A stretch of 62,467 bases of DNA, filler included, from Bdellovibrionota bacterium (GCA_963169515.1; 6 parts of 6 records of this genome joined end to end with filler, not necessarily neighbours in it), one strand, 5' to 3'; positions 1-10,244 are shown, counted from the first letter of the whole stretch. Notes: generated by a model from the sequence alone, not told the origin. Translations and numbers: made by a program.

Positions 1-51
1 CGGCCCCCCCTCCCACAGGTGATAAATTATACAATTAAATTCAAAAATTAA

Positions 52-336
52 TTAACGCTCATCTTCGTAATCGTCAGAGGACATATCCGCATCGTCTGTA
101 TCGCGGTAATCTCCTTTGGCTTTTTTTCCATTTGAATCAAATTTATCAAAAAAATGATTCAATTCCGATTTTGCTTGGTCCTGTTTCAGGCCGAGCTTTT
201 TTTGCATGAGGCCTTCAAGTGCTTTTACATTCCCTTGAACTTTGTCCAATTCATCATTCGTAAGAGCGCCCCATTTCTTTTGAAGCTCGCCTTTGATTAT
301 CTTCCACTGGCCTTTGATGATGTTCTCGTTGATCAT
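52..336 (-). CDS. CsbD/YjbJ-family general stress protein
   Basis: MINENIIKGQWKIIKGELQKKWGALTNDELD matches the CsbD family; AAGGAG RBS precedes ATG at 336. Confidence 0.9.
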   Translation of the reverse strand: MINENIIKGQWKIIKGELQKKWGALTNDELDKVQGNVKALEGLMQKKLGLKQDQAKSELNHFFDKFDSNGKKAKGDYRDTDDADMSSDDYEDER

Positions 337-384
337 AACCAGAACTCCTTTCGTGCGTGCGTTCAAATCTGCACTAGCCCATGA

Positions 385-400
385 AGCAACCCCTGTGCCA
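385..400 (-). promoter_or_regulatory. sigma54 (-24/-12) promoter of the CsbD gene
   Basis: Minus strand reads TGGCAC-AGGGG-TTGCT, a perfect consensus. Confidence 0.85.
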
Positions 401-482
401 CCGCAGTAAAGTTTGCGTAATATGGCTAAATTTGTTCTCGTATTAGTTACAGCGTATCATGGGATTATTTGCCCCGGATTTT

Positions 483-1529
483 TTACAAATCATGGGGGCG
501 ATAAGTCTCAATAAAATTAAAAGACGGTTTTTGAGTTGTTTTTTGGCTGCGGATTATATGTAAGACAAGGGATTCAGCCACAGGGGCAATAAAAATACCG
601 GAAATACCTAACATCATGATGGATCCCACCAACGCAATAAAAGAGACAATAACATTGTTCTTTGAATAGGACGCGTTAACCATGGATCGGATAATGTTGT
701 CCATGGTTCCTGCTATAAGTGATACTGCCAGCATACCAAGTGCTGCGCCCTTGGTCCCCTCTACTAATAATAGCAAGGCCAAAAATACTCCAAATGTTCC
801 GGCCCCGATGACTGGTATCAACGAAAAAATAAATGCAACAAAAAATACCAGCAGAAAAGACGAATAGCCGCAAAACAGTGCGCCGATAGAGATAATCAGT
901 GATTGCACTCCGCCGATTAAAAATGTGCTAAACAGCACGTGCTCAGAGGCAGAAATGAAGTTTTTCACAAGAGAGGCGCCCATCGGAAAGAGAGAGTCGA
1001 TCTTTTGTGGCGCACTTTCTACCCGAGGCAGTAAAAGAATAAAACTAAGAATAAAGATAAGAGTTTTGAGCAGCAGCTGTGGAGTAGCGAGAAATAGTTT
1101 TTGTGAGGCAGAAAGTGCGAATTTCGCAATGGCGACAGCTGCTTGTTCTATGCTGTCCCAAATTTTGTCGAATGAAAATTCAATTGGTAGGTTGAGATGA
1201 GCTTTCAGCCAATCAGGAATTCTTTCTTGAAGATTAATAATATCGTTTACATATTTTTCAACTCGTTCCTGCTTTAAAATCTCTGCCAGGTCAGAAATAG
1301 AGCCCGCGATCCCAAGGCCTAATACAATGAGGGCCGCGATTACAACCACGATTGCTATGACAGTCATGGATTTGTAGTGGCCCGGTAAAATCTTCTTTTT
1401 AGCTCTTACAAGTAAAGGCGATAGCCCGCAGGCAAATATCGCTGCGAGCGCGATTGGTATTAAAAAAGGGATGAAAAAAAGGCCATAAAACAAAAGAATT
1501 CCAACGCTTGCAATGCTTTCTTTTTTCAT
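483..1529 (-). CDS. AI-2E family (PerM/YdiK-like) membrane protein
   Basis: 348 aa polytopic protein with FSLIPVIG, DNIIR and GISGIFIAP motifs. Confidence 0.8.
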   Translation of the reverse strand: MKKESIASVGILLFYGLFFIPFLIPIALAAIFACGLSPLLVRAKKKILPGHYKSMTVIAIVVVIAALIVLGLGIAGSISDLAEILKQERVEKYVNDIINLQERIPDWLKAHLNLPIEFSFDKIWDSIEQAAVAIAKFALSASQKLFLATPQLLLKTLIFILSFILLLPRVESAPQKIDSLFPMGASLVKNFISASEHVLFSTFLIGGVQSLIISIGALFCGYSSFLLVFFVAFIFSLIPVIGAGTFGVFLALLLLVEGTKGAALGMLAVSLIAGTMDNIIRSMVNASYSKNNVIVSFIALVGSIMMLGISGIFIAPVAESLVLHIIRSQKTTQKPSFNFIETYRPHDL

Positions 1530-1546
1530 GAGCCTCGTTATCTAAT

Positions 1547-2233
1547 TTACAATTCGAGTGGAAAACCTACGCTTACTGTATATCCCTTGGCGTCGGTGTC
1601 GATGTTTGTGTCACCTCGCAAAGCTAAGCTGCCAATGCGCTGTATGCTTGTTTTACCATACTTTGCATCGTGGTACTCTACATTCACGCTAACTGTCGCT
1701 GCATGAACACCGGCACCAATTCGATAACCTTTGAAGTTTTCAAACTTTAAATTTAGGCCAGAAACGCCCTCGGCAGGATCCGAAAATCCGCCAAGTAAAT
1801 ATGTTCCCCAAAGCCGGACACCGGCCCAAGGGGTCTGAACGCCAAGTGTGGCGCCATAGTTAAAGTTATCCGTGTCCGCACTTTGATAAAATGAATTAGC
1901 CAAAGATGTGCGCGAATATCTGAGATCAGCAGCAAGCCAAACGGCTTCATATATATGACCACCGAGCCGACCGCCGATGCCAAATCCGTCGTTTGTTCCG
2001 GACGCATCATCGGTAATTATTGGAAGTTGTGAGGTACGAATGTTGGTATCGGTTGCTTCATAATCAAGGAACGGCTCTAGGAAGGCGCCCCATCGAGATA
2101 GAAATCCCGTCCCATCCGTCTTTGTCGTTATTGTTGTTTCGGGTGTATCCGTAGCTGTTTGTGCACTTACTGAGTGTGAAAAGAACCCAACGACAAAAAA
2201 GATACTGCTGGTAAATAGTGTAAAATTTTTCAT
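1547..2233 (-). CDS. Outer-membrane beta-barrel protein
   Basis: Signal peptide, amphipathic beta strands, C-terminal YTVSVGFPLEL. Confidence 0.75.
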   Translation of the reverse strand: MKNFTLFTSSIFFVVGFFSHSVSAQTATDTPETTITTKTDGTGFLSRWGAFLEPFLDYEATDTNIRTSQLPIITDDASGTNDGFGIGGRLGGHIYEAVWLAADLRYSRTSLANSFYQSADTDNFNYGATLGVQTPWAGVRLWGTYLLGGFSDPAEGVSGLNLKFENFKGYRIGAGVHAATVSVNVEYHDAKYGKTSIQRIGSLALRGDTNIDTDAKGYTVSVGFPLEL

Positions 2234-2282
2234 GATGCCCACCTTTTGTGTGATTCAGGGTTAATAAAGTAGCTTAGAAAAG

Positions 2283-2298
2283 TGCAAACGCGAGACCG
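2283..2298 (-). promoter_or_regulatory. Possible sigma54 promoter for the beta-barrel/AI-2E operon
   Basis: CGGTCT-CGCGT-TTGCA: GG-N10-GC spacing with a weak -24 box. Confidence 0.45.
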
Positions 2299-2356
2299 TA
2301 GGATTTTCTTATTAGACATGGACAAATGTGCAAAAATGTGGCATTTTTCCTCTGCT

Positions 2357-3796
2357 GTGGCTAAATTGAACAAGAACCAAAATAGTGATACCCAAGTCAT
2401 TGTTATCGAGGATGATGTCGACGTCCAAGATCTTCTACAAGCCTACTTCAGCCCGCGAGGCTATTCCCTCACGTTCTTTGATAATCCCATGAATTTATTA
2501 GCCGAAGCCCGCAAAACAAATTTAACTGCCGACGCAATCATTACTGATTTAGTATTACCTGAAATTTCAGGAATGGAACTGATTAAAAAACTACGAGGGT
2601 GGGGAATTCATTTGCCAATCATCCTAATGACATCACGTTCATCAGTCCAAACGGCGTTTGAGGCCACGCAGGCAGGCGCGTTTGATTTTATTGTAAAGCC
2701 GCTACAACTACCTCAACTGGAAGTTTCATTGCAACGGGCGCTTAAGTTCAAACAAATTTTGCATGAAAACACGACGCTTCGGCAAGCACTGAAAGAACGT
2801 TCAGACTCTCAGATAGAGGGGATTATTGCCAAAAGCCCGGGCTTTCGTGCGGCCTTGGAACTTGCAAAACGCGTTTCAACAAGCTCGGCAAACATTTTGA
2901 TTACTGGGGAAAGCGGCACAGGTAAAGAAGTTATAGCCAAAGCGATTCACGAATGGGGAAATCGGAAAAATGGGCCGTTCCTAGCCATTAATTGTGCTGC
3001 GATTCCAGAGGCTCTGTTAGAGGCCGAGCTGTTCGGTCACACAAAAGGCTCGTTTACGGGTGCGATTGATAAAAAAGAAGGTCTGTTCGAAGAGGCTCAA
3101 GGGGGAATCCTGTTGTTGGATGAAATAGGAGACATGGGGCTTCCACTTCAAGCAAAAATTCTGCGCGTACTCCAAGAGCGAAAAATAAAGCGAATTGGCG
3201 AAAATAAATATCGTGATGTTGATGTTCGTGTGATTGCGGCAACACATAAAAATTTAAAAAATGAAGTTATGGAAAAGCGGTTCCGCGAAGATTTATTTTT
3301 CCGCTTGAATGTAATCCCTATTCACATTCCACCATTACGAAATCGCAAGGAAGATATTATTCCTTTGGCAGAGCATTTTTTGAGTCGATTTGCGATTCTT
3401 AATTCTGTTCACGCCAAGAAATTTTCTAAAGAAACTCTATCTTACTTATTAACACACACTTGGCCTGGAAATGTTCGCGAGCTAGAAAATACGATCGAGC
3501 GTGCGGTGGTCCTGTCTGAACGGGATGAAATCAAGGTCAGTGATTTGCTGCTTGAAGAGTATTCATCGGCATCCAGGGTAAATTACAATTCTGAGGAGCC
3601 TGTCGCGGCAGCTGTTGAAATCGAAGAAATTTCGGGAACAGATGAAGAAAGTGTGAAATTAGAAAAAATTGTAAAACGCCATATATTAAAAATTTTAGAC
3701 CTAAACAAAGGGGCCAAGGATAAAACAGCCAAGATGTTGGGCATCGATCGAAAAACTTTGTACCGCAAATTGAATGATTATGGTTTAACGCATTAA
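2357..3796 (+). CDS. NtrC/AtoC-family sigma54-dependent response regulator (REC-AAA+-Fis HTH); start uncertain
   Basis: IEDD receiver, GESGTGKE Walker A, GSFTGA loop, LDEIG Walker B, WPGNVREL, LGIDRKTLYRKL. Confidence 0.95.
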   Translation: MAKLNKNQNSDTQVIVIEDDVDVQDLLQAYFSPRGYSLTFFDNPMNLLAEARKTNLTADAIITDLVLPEISGMELIKKLRGWGIHLPIILMTSRSSVQTAFEATQAGAFDFIVKPLQLPQLEVSLQRALKFKQILHENTTLRQALKERSDSQIEGIIAKSPGFRAALELAKRVSTSSANILITGESGTGKEVIAKAIHEWGNRKNGPFLAINCAAIPEALLEAELFGHTKGSFTGAIDKKEGLFEEAQGGILLLDEIGDMGLPLQAKILRVLQERKIKRIGENKYRDVDVRVIAATHKNLKNEVMEKRFREDLFFRLNVIPIHIPPLRNRKEDIIPLAEHFLSRFAILNSVHAKKFSKETLSYLLTHTWPGNVRELENTIERAVVLSERDEIKVSDLLLEEYSSASRVNYNSEEPVAAAVEIEEISGTDEESVKLEKIVKRHILKILDLNKGAKDKTAKMLGIDRKTLYRKLNDYGLTH

Positions 3797-3840
3797 ACAT
3801 GAGTTGCTTTATAGTGACCCACAAAAAGGGAGCAAATTTT

Positions 3841-4152
3841 ATGTCTTTCATTACACCGGAAATACAGAAAACCTATCTGTCTCGACGAAACAAAGATATT
3901 CAGGAATGCACGAAACGCTTGGCTCAGGCTGATTGGTTTTACTTCGAAAACCTAGGACACCAATTAAAGGGTAATGCGTCTAGCTTCGGTTACGACGATT
4001 TAACGGCTATTGCAAAGAAAATAGAGGCGTTCGGGCGAGACAAAGACACCCAAAGCCTTCAGACCGTTTTAGAAGATTTTAAGCAATGGTATCAAAAGCA
4101 CGCACCGGAAACCACTGGGCAAGCAACAGACTATCCAGAATCCCTTAACTAA
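3841..4152 (+). CDS. Stand-alone Hpt phosphotransfer protein
   Basis: GHQLKGNASSFGY Hpt signature; GGGAG RBS before ATG 3841. Confidence 0.85.
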   Translation: MSFITPEIQKTYLSRRNKDIQECTKRLAQADWFYFENLGHQLKGNASSFGYDDLTAIAKKIEAFGRDKDTQSLQTVLEDFKQWYQKHAPETTGQATDYPESLN

Positions 4153-4206
4153 CTGAACACTTAGGATGTGTGCATTCGCAACTGAGATTGCAGCTGCTCT
4201 TTCCAA

Positions 4207-4389
4207 TCAGGGTAACGTCCGCTGGTTCCTCCCGGAAACCAGCGAAGCAAGAAAGCTGATGAAGGCGAGAACTAGAAATGCAATGAGAATCATTTTCCCG
4301 GCCTCAATTGAAAGCCCTGCAAAGTTATAAGCACCCAGCGCGATTGCCATTAAACCAAGTATTAAAAAGATTATTGCTGCTCTAAACAT
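4207..4389 (-). CDS. DUF1328 (YtjA-like) small membrane protein
   Basis: MFRAAIIFLILGLMAIALG...GLSIEAGKMILIAFLVL, 60 aa; AAGGAG RBS. Confidence 0.85.
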   Translation of the reverse strand: MFRAAIIFLILGLMAIALGAYNFAGLSIEAGKMILIAFLVLAFISFLASLVSGRNQRTLP

Positions 4390-4426
4390 AGATCTCCTTT
4401 CTAAGGAGGTTCAAATTAAATAGTCC

Positions 4427-4442
4427 AGCAAGTAGAGTGCCA
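4427..4442 (-). promoter_or_regulatory. sigma54 promoter of the DUF1328 gene
   Basis: Minus strand TGGCAC-TCTAC-TTGCT, a perfect consensus. Confidence 0.85.
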
Positions 4443-4471
4443 AGAAACACGAAGGGCATTACGCCCCAAAG

Positions 4472-6781
4472 TCATTTGAGGGTAAAGTAGAAGGTTGCTC
4501 CATTTTTCGGTTTGGATTCAGCCCAGATTTTACCGCCGTGCCTAACAATGATACGCCGACAAATTGCAAGCCCGATGCCTGTTCCGTCAAAATCTTCGGC
4601 CGAATGTAGTCTTTGAAATACACCAAAAAGCTTATTTGTATAGCGAGGATCAAAACCTTCGCCGTTGTCCTTAATAAAATAGGTTTTTAATTCTAGCGTC
4701 CTTTTGAATCCGAATTCAATCTTTGCGAGCTTTGTATTTTGGGTAAACTTCCAAGCATTTGAGAGCAGATTTTCTAAAACCGAAGTGATGAGACCAGGAT
4801 CGGCAACATCTACCATATCGGGCTGGCAGATAAAGTCGACATTTCTGTTGGGATCTTGAATACGGTAGCGCCCAATTATTTTTTCTGCCTCCTGAGAGAG
4901 GTTTACTTCTTCTTTATTCAATTCGGCGCGACTATAACGAGAAAGATTGAGCAGGTCATCAATCATTTGCCCCATTCTCTTAACACTATCGCGGACAAAG
5001 GAAATGTATTTCAAGCCTTGGCTATCGAGCCTCGGGGAATAGTCTTCGGCAAGAGCTTGAGTGAACCCATCAATCCCCCTGAGCGGTGCACGCAAGTCAT
5101 GCGAAATTGAATAACAAAAGGCCTCTAATTCTAGGTTCGTGGTAGAGAGTGCTTGGTTTACATCCCTAAGATCGCAAGTGCGGATCTCGATAACTTTTTC
5201 GAGTTGCTCTTGTGACTTTTTTAATGCTTCCTCAGCTACTTTTTGATCGTGAATATCGGTGCATGTTCCAAACCAAAACTTAATTGTTCCTCGGTCATCT
5301 CGCAATGGCAGTGCCCGAACGAGATGCCAACGGTATTCACCGGATGCGCTTCGCACGCGATATTGGGTTACGTACTCTGTCCCTTTGCGGATGGCATCAA
5401 ACCAACTGTTTTTCTCTGTCAGCATCAACTGCAGATCATCTGGATGGACAGTCTTTCTCCAACCAGCGCCTTTGCTATCATCTATTGAAAGCCCCGTGTA
5501 TTCATGCCACTGTTTATTAAAGAAAATGTTGTCGCCATTTGGTTTGGCCATCCAAACCAAATTCGGAATGGTTTCTATTATTAGTTTAAATTTTGTTTCC
5601 GATTCAGCCAGATTTTTTTGTGTTGCCCTTAATTCTGTTAAGTCCAGGGCAAAGCCGACGCCGCGATCGCCCTCTTCTTTTAGGCGAGTTGCACCAACCA
5701 GGACAGGCAGGATTGTTCCGTCTTTTCGGATATATTCTTTTTCAAATGGAGCAAAGCTGCCTTTTTCGTAGTATTCTTTCATGGCTTTATTGTCTGCATC
5801 GACCCACTGTGGCGGAGTCATGTTACGCCAAGTGACCTGGCCTTTTTTGAGTTCTTCCTCTGTAACGCCCAACATTTTTAAAAATGCATTGTTGGCTTCC
5901 CAGATCATTCCGCTTTCAGAGTCGAAAAACGAAACGCCGAGAATATTGGCATCCATGAGCCGCCGCAAACGCGATTCGCTTTCACGAAGGCTCTTTTCAA
6001 TTTGTTGTTGTTGTGCATTGTCCTCTATGATTGCGACAAAATAATCTGGGTTTCCGGATGAGTCCCTAGCCAGAGAAATTGTACTTCGTGCCCAAATATA
6101 AACCCCGTTTTTTCCTTTATATTGCGGTTCGTGAAAATAGTGTGAAAGCTCACCCGTCAATGAACGTTCAAAGATGTTTGTGAGTTTTGTTATATCATCA
6201 GGATGCAAATATTCTTTTGCGTTTGTACCGACAAGCTCGTTGCCTCCAAACCCCATAATTGTGTGTAAGCTTGAGTTCGCCATCATAATGGTCCCATCCA
6301 GTGCGATGTGGGCTATGCCAATGCCAGCAAGGTCGAATGTTGTACGGTACTTTTCTTCACTGTGTGCAAGGGCTGCATTAACTTCCATAAGATCTTTGGT
6401 GCGATTTTCAACCCGCCTCTCCATTTCCGCGTAGGCTTTTCGAAGTTCGGCGTCCTTTTCTTTTGATGTTTGAGCTTGGCGAATAAACCTTGCGAGGCTT
6501 TGCTTCGACAGGACAGTGATAAGCACAGCTACAGCGCCAGACGCCGCCGCCGCAGCCTTAACCGCCAACACAACCCAGTATTTTGATTCCCAGGCGGTGT
6601 AAGTCTCTAAAAAGGAAGTAAGGCTGTCGGCAAAGAGAAAAATAAGGAATGCTAATAAGACAAGGCTCGCTCCGGGCCGGACTTTCTTGACAAAAAGGTA
6701 GGTTGTGATAGCCAAAATTAGGAAGCTAACAGCAGTTACGACGTCAGAAATTAGCATAAGTTTCGTTAGATTTTCCATCAT
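4472..6781 (-). CDS. Membrane sensor histidine kinase: ethylene-receptor-like 3-TM N-terminus, 3 PAS domains, Cph1-type HisKA/HATPase
   Basis: YSISHDLRAPLR H-box, NLLSNAWKF, DNGEG, FQRLH, GTGIGLAI; PAS motifs HPDD. Confidence 0.9.
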   Translation of the reverse strand: MMENLTKLMLISDVVTAVSFLILAITTYLFVKKVRPGASLVLLAFLIFLFADSLTSFLETYTAWESKYWVVLAVKAAAAASGAVAVLITVLSKQSLARFIRQAQTSKEKDAELRKAYAEMERRVENRTKDLMEVNAALAHSEEKYRTTFDLAGIGIAHIALDGTIMMANSSLHTIMGFGGNELVGTNAKEYLHPDDITKLTNIFERSLTGELSHYFHEPQYKGKNGVYIWARSTISLARDSSGNPDYFVAIIEDNAQQQQIEKSLRESESRLRRLMDANILGVSFFDSESGMIWEANNAFLKMLGVTEEELKKGQVTWRNMTPPQWVDADNKAMKEYYEKGSFAPFEKEYIRKDGTILPVLVGATRLKEEGDRGVGFALDLTELRATQKNLAESETKFKLIIETIPNLVWMAKPNGDNIFFNKQWHEYTGLSIDDSKGAGWRKTVHPDDLQLMLTEKNSWFDAIRKGTEYVTQYRVRSASGEYRWHLVRALPLRDDRGTIKFWFGTCTDIHDQKVAEEALKKSQEQLEKVIEIRTCDLRDVNQALSTTNLELEAFCYSISHDLRAPLRGIDGFTQALAEDYSPRLDSQGLKYISFVRDSVKRMGQMIDDLLNLSRYSRAELNKEEVNLSQEAEKIIGRYRIQDPNRNVDFICQPDMVDVADPGLITSVLENLLSNAWKFTQNTKLAKIEFGFKRTLELKTYFIKDNGEGFDPRYTNKLFGVFQRLHSAEDFDGTGIGLAICRRIIVRHGGKIWAESKPKNGATFYFTLK

Positions 6782-8322
6782 TTTATTTTTAAAATATCCT
6801 TAACCGTATCGATAATTACGTTTCGATCAATTGGTTTTCGCAAATACCTTTCGACACCCATCTCGCGTGCCTTTTTGTCCAAGTCTTCAATAGCGGACAC
6901 AAGCACCACAGGCACTTTGAACTTATTGATCATTTTATCAGTTGTCGTTCCACTAACTTGGTAGTCCAGAAGCACCAGTTTAAGATTCTTAGCGAGCTTG
7001 AGCACATCATCTGTACTAGCGGCATCGCCAGACTCAAAGACCTTAAAGCCCTCGTGAGTGAAGATTTCTTTCAGGACGAACCGCATATCTTCATCGTCAT
7101 CAACGATCAAGATTTCCCCCAGGTTGGGGACCGCTTTGCAAAAAAGCTCTTTGATCTGTGGTAAGAACTTTTTAGTGTAGGGATGATGATTTTGTGTTTT
7201 TATTTCGTTTTTCGAGCTGTCATCAGTTGGAATGCAAATCTCGAAGGTTGTTCCCTTGTCGGGTTTGCTTTCAACTTTGATGGTGCCGTCGTGAGCATCA
7301 ATGATCCCTTTCACAATAAAGAGCCCAAGTCCCAAGCTACCAGCCTCGGCTGTATGGGTTTGCCAGTAGCGATCAAACACATGATCTAAATCATCGGCTG
7401 GAATACCTTTGCCGGTGTCAGAAATGAAAAGCTTAAGCCGGTCGGATTCTCGTCGGCACCATATTTTGATTTTGCCTCCAGAATTCGTAAATTTTATTGC
7501 GTTTCCTATTATATTTCCCAAAGCTTGAAAAATGCGGTCGGGGTCGAAGACTCCGGTGAGATTGTCTTCAGTTGGTATAACTTCGAAATCCAGGTCCTTT
7601 CTGAGTGCTAGGGGCCGAAACACTTCCTCAAGGTCAGAAAGAATTTGATTTATTGAAAAGGATTGCCGTTCCACTCGAAATCGTCCCACAGCAATCTTGG
7701 TTTCATCGAGGATGTCATCAATTAAAAACCGCATCCGTCGCAGTGATTTCTGTGCCCGTAGCATAAGCAATTCAAGGTGTTCGTTTTCGCCTGGCCTGAG
7801 ATTGCCTTTCTCATACATTGCTTGCATCTGCTGTAAATTCAATTGAACAGCGGAAAGGGGGTTCCTTAAATCATGAGAAACAACAGCAAGGATTTCTTCG
7901 CGGTCTCGTTGAGCGGCCCTGGACATCAACCTGGACTGTTTTTCTCTTAGGCTTCGACGGACGGCTGAGCCCAAGCGGTTCCATTTTCCTTTTACTAGAA
8001 AGTCGTCAGCTCCTGCCTTCAATGCTTCGACTGCCAAATCCTCACCGACGGCTCCCGAAACCACAATGATCGGCGTTTCTTTGTCTGCGCTTCGGATGTC
8101 ATCAATGGCTGCCAGTGTTCCATAACCGGGAACATTGTAGTCCAAGAAAATAATGTCCCATGATTCCAATAAGGCTGTTTTCAGTTGTGTCGGGTTTTTT
8201 ACAATTTTGTGCTGAATGGATAGGCCTTCGCGCTTCATTGCCCGGAGAAGAAGTTCGGCGTCTGCGATATTATCTTCAATGAACAGTAAGCGCAGCGTTT
8301 TTTTGTCAGCTAATATTTCCAT
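6778..8322 (-). CDS. Hybrid kinase REC-HisKA-HATPase-REC
   Basis: N-terminal IEDN receiver, VSHDLRNPL, NAIKF, DTGKG, GLGL, C-terminal VDDD receiver. Confidence 0.9.
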   Translation of the reverse strand: MEILADKKTLRLLFIEDNIADAELLLRAMKREGLSIQHKIVKNPTQLKTALLESWDIIFLDYNVPGYGTLAAIDDIRSADKETPIIVVSGAVGEDLAVEALKAGADDFLVKGKWNRLGSAVRRSLREKQSRLMSRAAQRDREEILAVVSHDLRNPLSAVQLNLQQMQAMYEKGNLRPGENEHLELLMLRAQKSLRRMRFLIDDILDETKIAVGRFRVERQSFSINQILSDLEEVFRPLALRKDLDFEVIPTEDNLTGVFDPDRIFQALGNIIGNAIKFTNSGGKIKIWCRRESDRLKLFISDTGKGIPADDLDHVFDRYWQTHTAEAGSLGLGLFIVKGIIDAHDGTIKVESKPDKGTTFEICIPTDDSSKNEIKTQNHHPYTKKFLPQIKELFCKAVPNLGEILIVDDDEDMRFVLKEIFTHEGFKVFESGDAASTDDVLKLAKNLKLVLLDYQVSGTTTDKMINKFKVPVVLVSAIEDLDKKAREMGVERYLRKPIDRNVIIDTVKDILKIK

Positions 8323-8325
8323 TTG

Positions 8326-8751
8326 TTACTGTAGCTCGCTGATGGGAGATTCATTTAATTCTAACCAATAAAAACTCAGCATTTGAATGACATTCATAAA
8401 CATTCCGTATTCAACGGGTTTGCGAACGTAGCTGTTTGCACCGAGTTCGTACCCCTTTCCAATATCAGATAGCTCCGATGACGATGAGAAAAGAATAACT
8501 GGAATTCTAGCTGTTTCAGGGTTGCTTCGGACGGATTTGAGGACTTCGTGGCCGTCGAATTTAGGCAATTTTATATCCATAAAAATGACGTGTGGTGGTG
8601 ACTGATGTTTTAAATACTCTATCGCTTCGGCACCGTCACGAACGACCTTAATAATAGTGTTCATTTTGACGTTTTGAAATGCTCGAAGCGCTAATATCTC
8701 ATCTTGCTTATTATCTTCCACCAACAATATTTTTTTGGTTGGCAACTGCAC
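8326..8751 (-). CDS. Single-domain response regulator (Rcp1-like)
   Basis: ILLVEDN, DIKLPKFDG, GANSYVRKP, FYWL. Confidence 0.9.
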   Translation of the reverse strand: MQLPTKKILLVEDNKQDEILALRAFQNVKMNTIIKVVRDGAEAIEYLKHQSPPHVIFMDIKLPKFDGHEVLKSVRSNPETARIPVILFSSSSELSDIGKGYELGANSYVRKPVEYGMFMNVIQMLSFYWLELNESPISELQ

Positions 8752-8952
8752 GGTTTACGCCCCTGTGGATTGACTAACACCTAGCAGATTAGATTTTTTT
8801 TTGATTTTTTGAAAGGGAATAATGTAGCTATCAAATGGAATTTGTTTATAAAGTATTAAACTGTAATTTATGGCCTTTTCCTAGACCGTATTTCGTGAAA
8901 CTGCGAAATACAATATCTATTTTACATAAAATTAAAATCTGCAAATACCACT

Positions 8953-9489
8953 TTAGCTTGGATACAGATGCGATTTTACGGATTCAATGGAATCCGTTCC
9001 AAGCGATGGTTGATCTTCAATTTCATCGAGGATTTCTTCGCATTTCTGAATATATTCCTCCCCCAGCTCTTCGAGCTCTGTGCGGCTAAGATGGTTCCGG
9101 GCGTCAGCAAATAAATCGTCTTCTTCTTTGTCCAGGTGATGTTCGACCATTTCAACCAATACTTTGCCCTTGGCTGCAATTTCGTCATTCCATTGATCGG
9201 GAAAGTTACTGCCTTCGATTTCATCCATTAATTGTTCGGTAAGGTTGTGTTCTGTTTGAGCCTCCAAAAACTGTGGACGAATATCTCGTATTTCTAAGAG
9301 CGTATCATAAAACACTTCTTCTTCGGCTTTTGTATGCATTTTTAGACCGATCATAAATTCGCTTAGGCAATCGATTCGTTCATTTTTAGATTCATCTTCG
9401 TCCTTTATGACATCAATGTTTTCGCGAAGCATATCGTGGTGGTTTCGGATCAGCTCCAAAATATTTTTTTTATGTTTATTTTTCGCCAT
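8953..9489 (-). CDS. Hemerythrin/HHE cation-binding domain protein
   Basis: HTKAEEEVFY, EH and HHLDKEEDDLF motifs. Confidence 0.85.
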   Translation of the reverse strand: MAKNKHKKNILELIRNHHDMLRENIDVIKDEDESKNERIDCLSEFMIGLKMHTKAEEEVFYDTLLEIRDIRPQFLEAQTEHNLTEQLMDEIEGSNFPDQWNDEIAAKGKVLVEMVEHHLDKEEDDLFADARNHLSRTELEELGEEYIQKCEEILDEIEDQPSLGTDSIESVKSHLYPS

Positions 9490-9512
9490 CCCGTAATCCT
9501 TTCTATTTTACT

Positions 9513-9878
9513 TCAATCATAATGAGTGTCGTCGATGCGTGTGTCGGACCGTTTCCTTGGTGACCCAATTACAAAGACCAGTGTCAGTATCGTGATGGAC
9601 CCCAGAACGAGAACCAAACTGGAGATGCCAATAGAAGTCATGCCAAACCTATGGTTTATATTATAAAAAAACCCCAGGTCATAAAAGAACATCGCAATCC
9701 CAGAAACAAGAAGCAAGGACAGAGTAAGCCCCAGAAATGTTAGGGAAAGGAATCGCTTGATTAAAATACGGGGAAGCTCTGCCAGCTCAAGACCGATTTC
9801 TGCAAAATTGCGTGTTGGGCGGGTAACCAACAAGTACGATGCAGCCATTCCAATTGCCACCTTTGTTAGGGCGCGCAT
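9513..9878 (-). CDS. Small membrane protein, possibly a YqjE-like partner of ElaB
   Basis: Two or three hydrophobic helices; lies directly downstream of the ElaB-like gene. Confidence 0.55.
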   Translation of the reverse strand: MRALTKVAIGMAASYLLVTRPTRNFAEIGLELAELPRILIKRFLSLTFLGLTLSLLLVSGIAMFFYDLGFFYNINHRFGMTSIGISSLVLVLGSITILTLVFVIGSPRKRSDTRIDDTHYD

Positions 9879-9886
9879 AAAGATTT

Positions 9887-10078
9887 TTACCTACGCCGAA
9901 AGGCGCTGCCAATGACGGCGCCGAGTGCGATCGCGCCAAGTACAGAATACAATGGGTACCGTCGGATAAAGTCCTCAGAGACATGGTATGCACGATCCGT
10001 AGACGCCCGCAAGTGATCCAGTCGATGTCGAAGTGAATTAACTGTGTCGGCACCATTTTTAGTAATATTTTTTTCCAT
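9887..10078 (-). CDS. ElaB/YqjD (DUF883)-like tail-anchored protein
   Basis: FIRRYPLYSVLGAIALGAVIGSAFRRR C-terminus; AGGAGG RBS. Confidence 0.8.
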   Translation of the reverse strand: MEKNITKNGADTVNSLRHRLDHLRASTDRAYHVSEDFIRRYPLYSVLGAIALGAVIGSAFRRR

Positions 10079-10122
10079 TCATCCTCCTAAGGTCTAAGGT
10101 TGCGCATACCATTTTTAAACTA

Positions 10123-10138
10123 AGCAAATGAAGTGCCA
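10123..10138 (-). promoter_or_regulatory. sigma54 promoter of the ElaB-like/hemerythrin operon
   Basis: Minus strand TGGCAC-TTCAT-TTGCT. Confidence 0.85.
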
Positions 10139-10244
10139 TGACTGAAGTAATCGCAACTAGCCCGTGGGGTTGTAAATAACCCCGCTGAGGTGGTATTTTT
10201 CCCCATGATCTGATGCTCGCATCGATGTTCCCAGAAGTTTAAGG

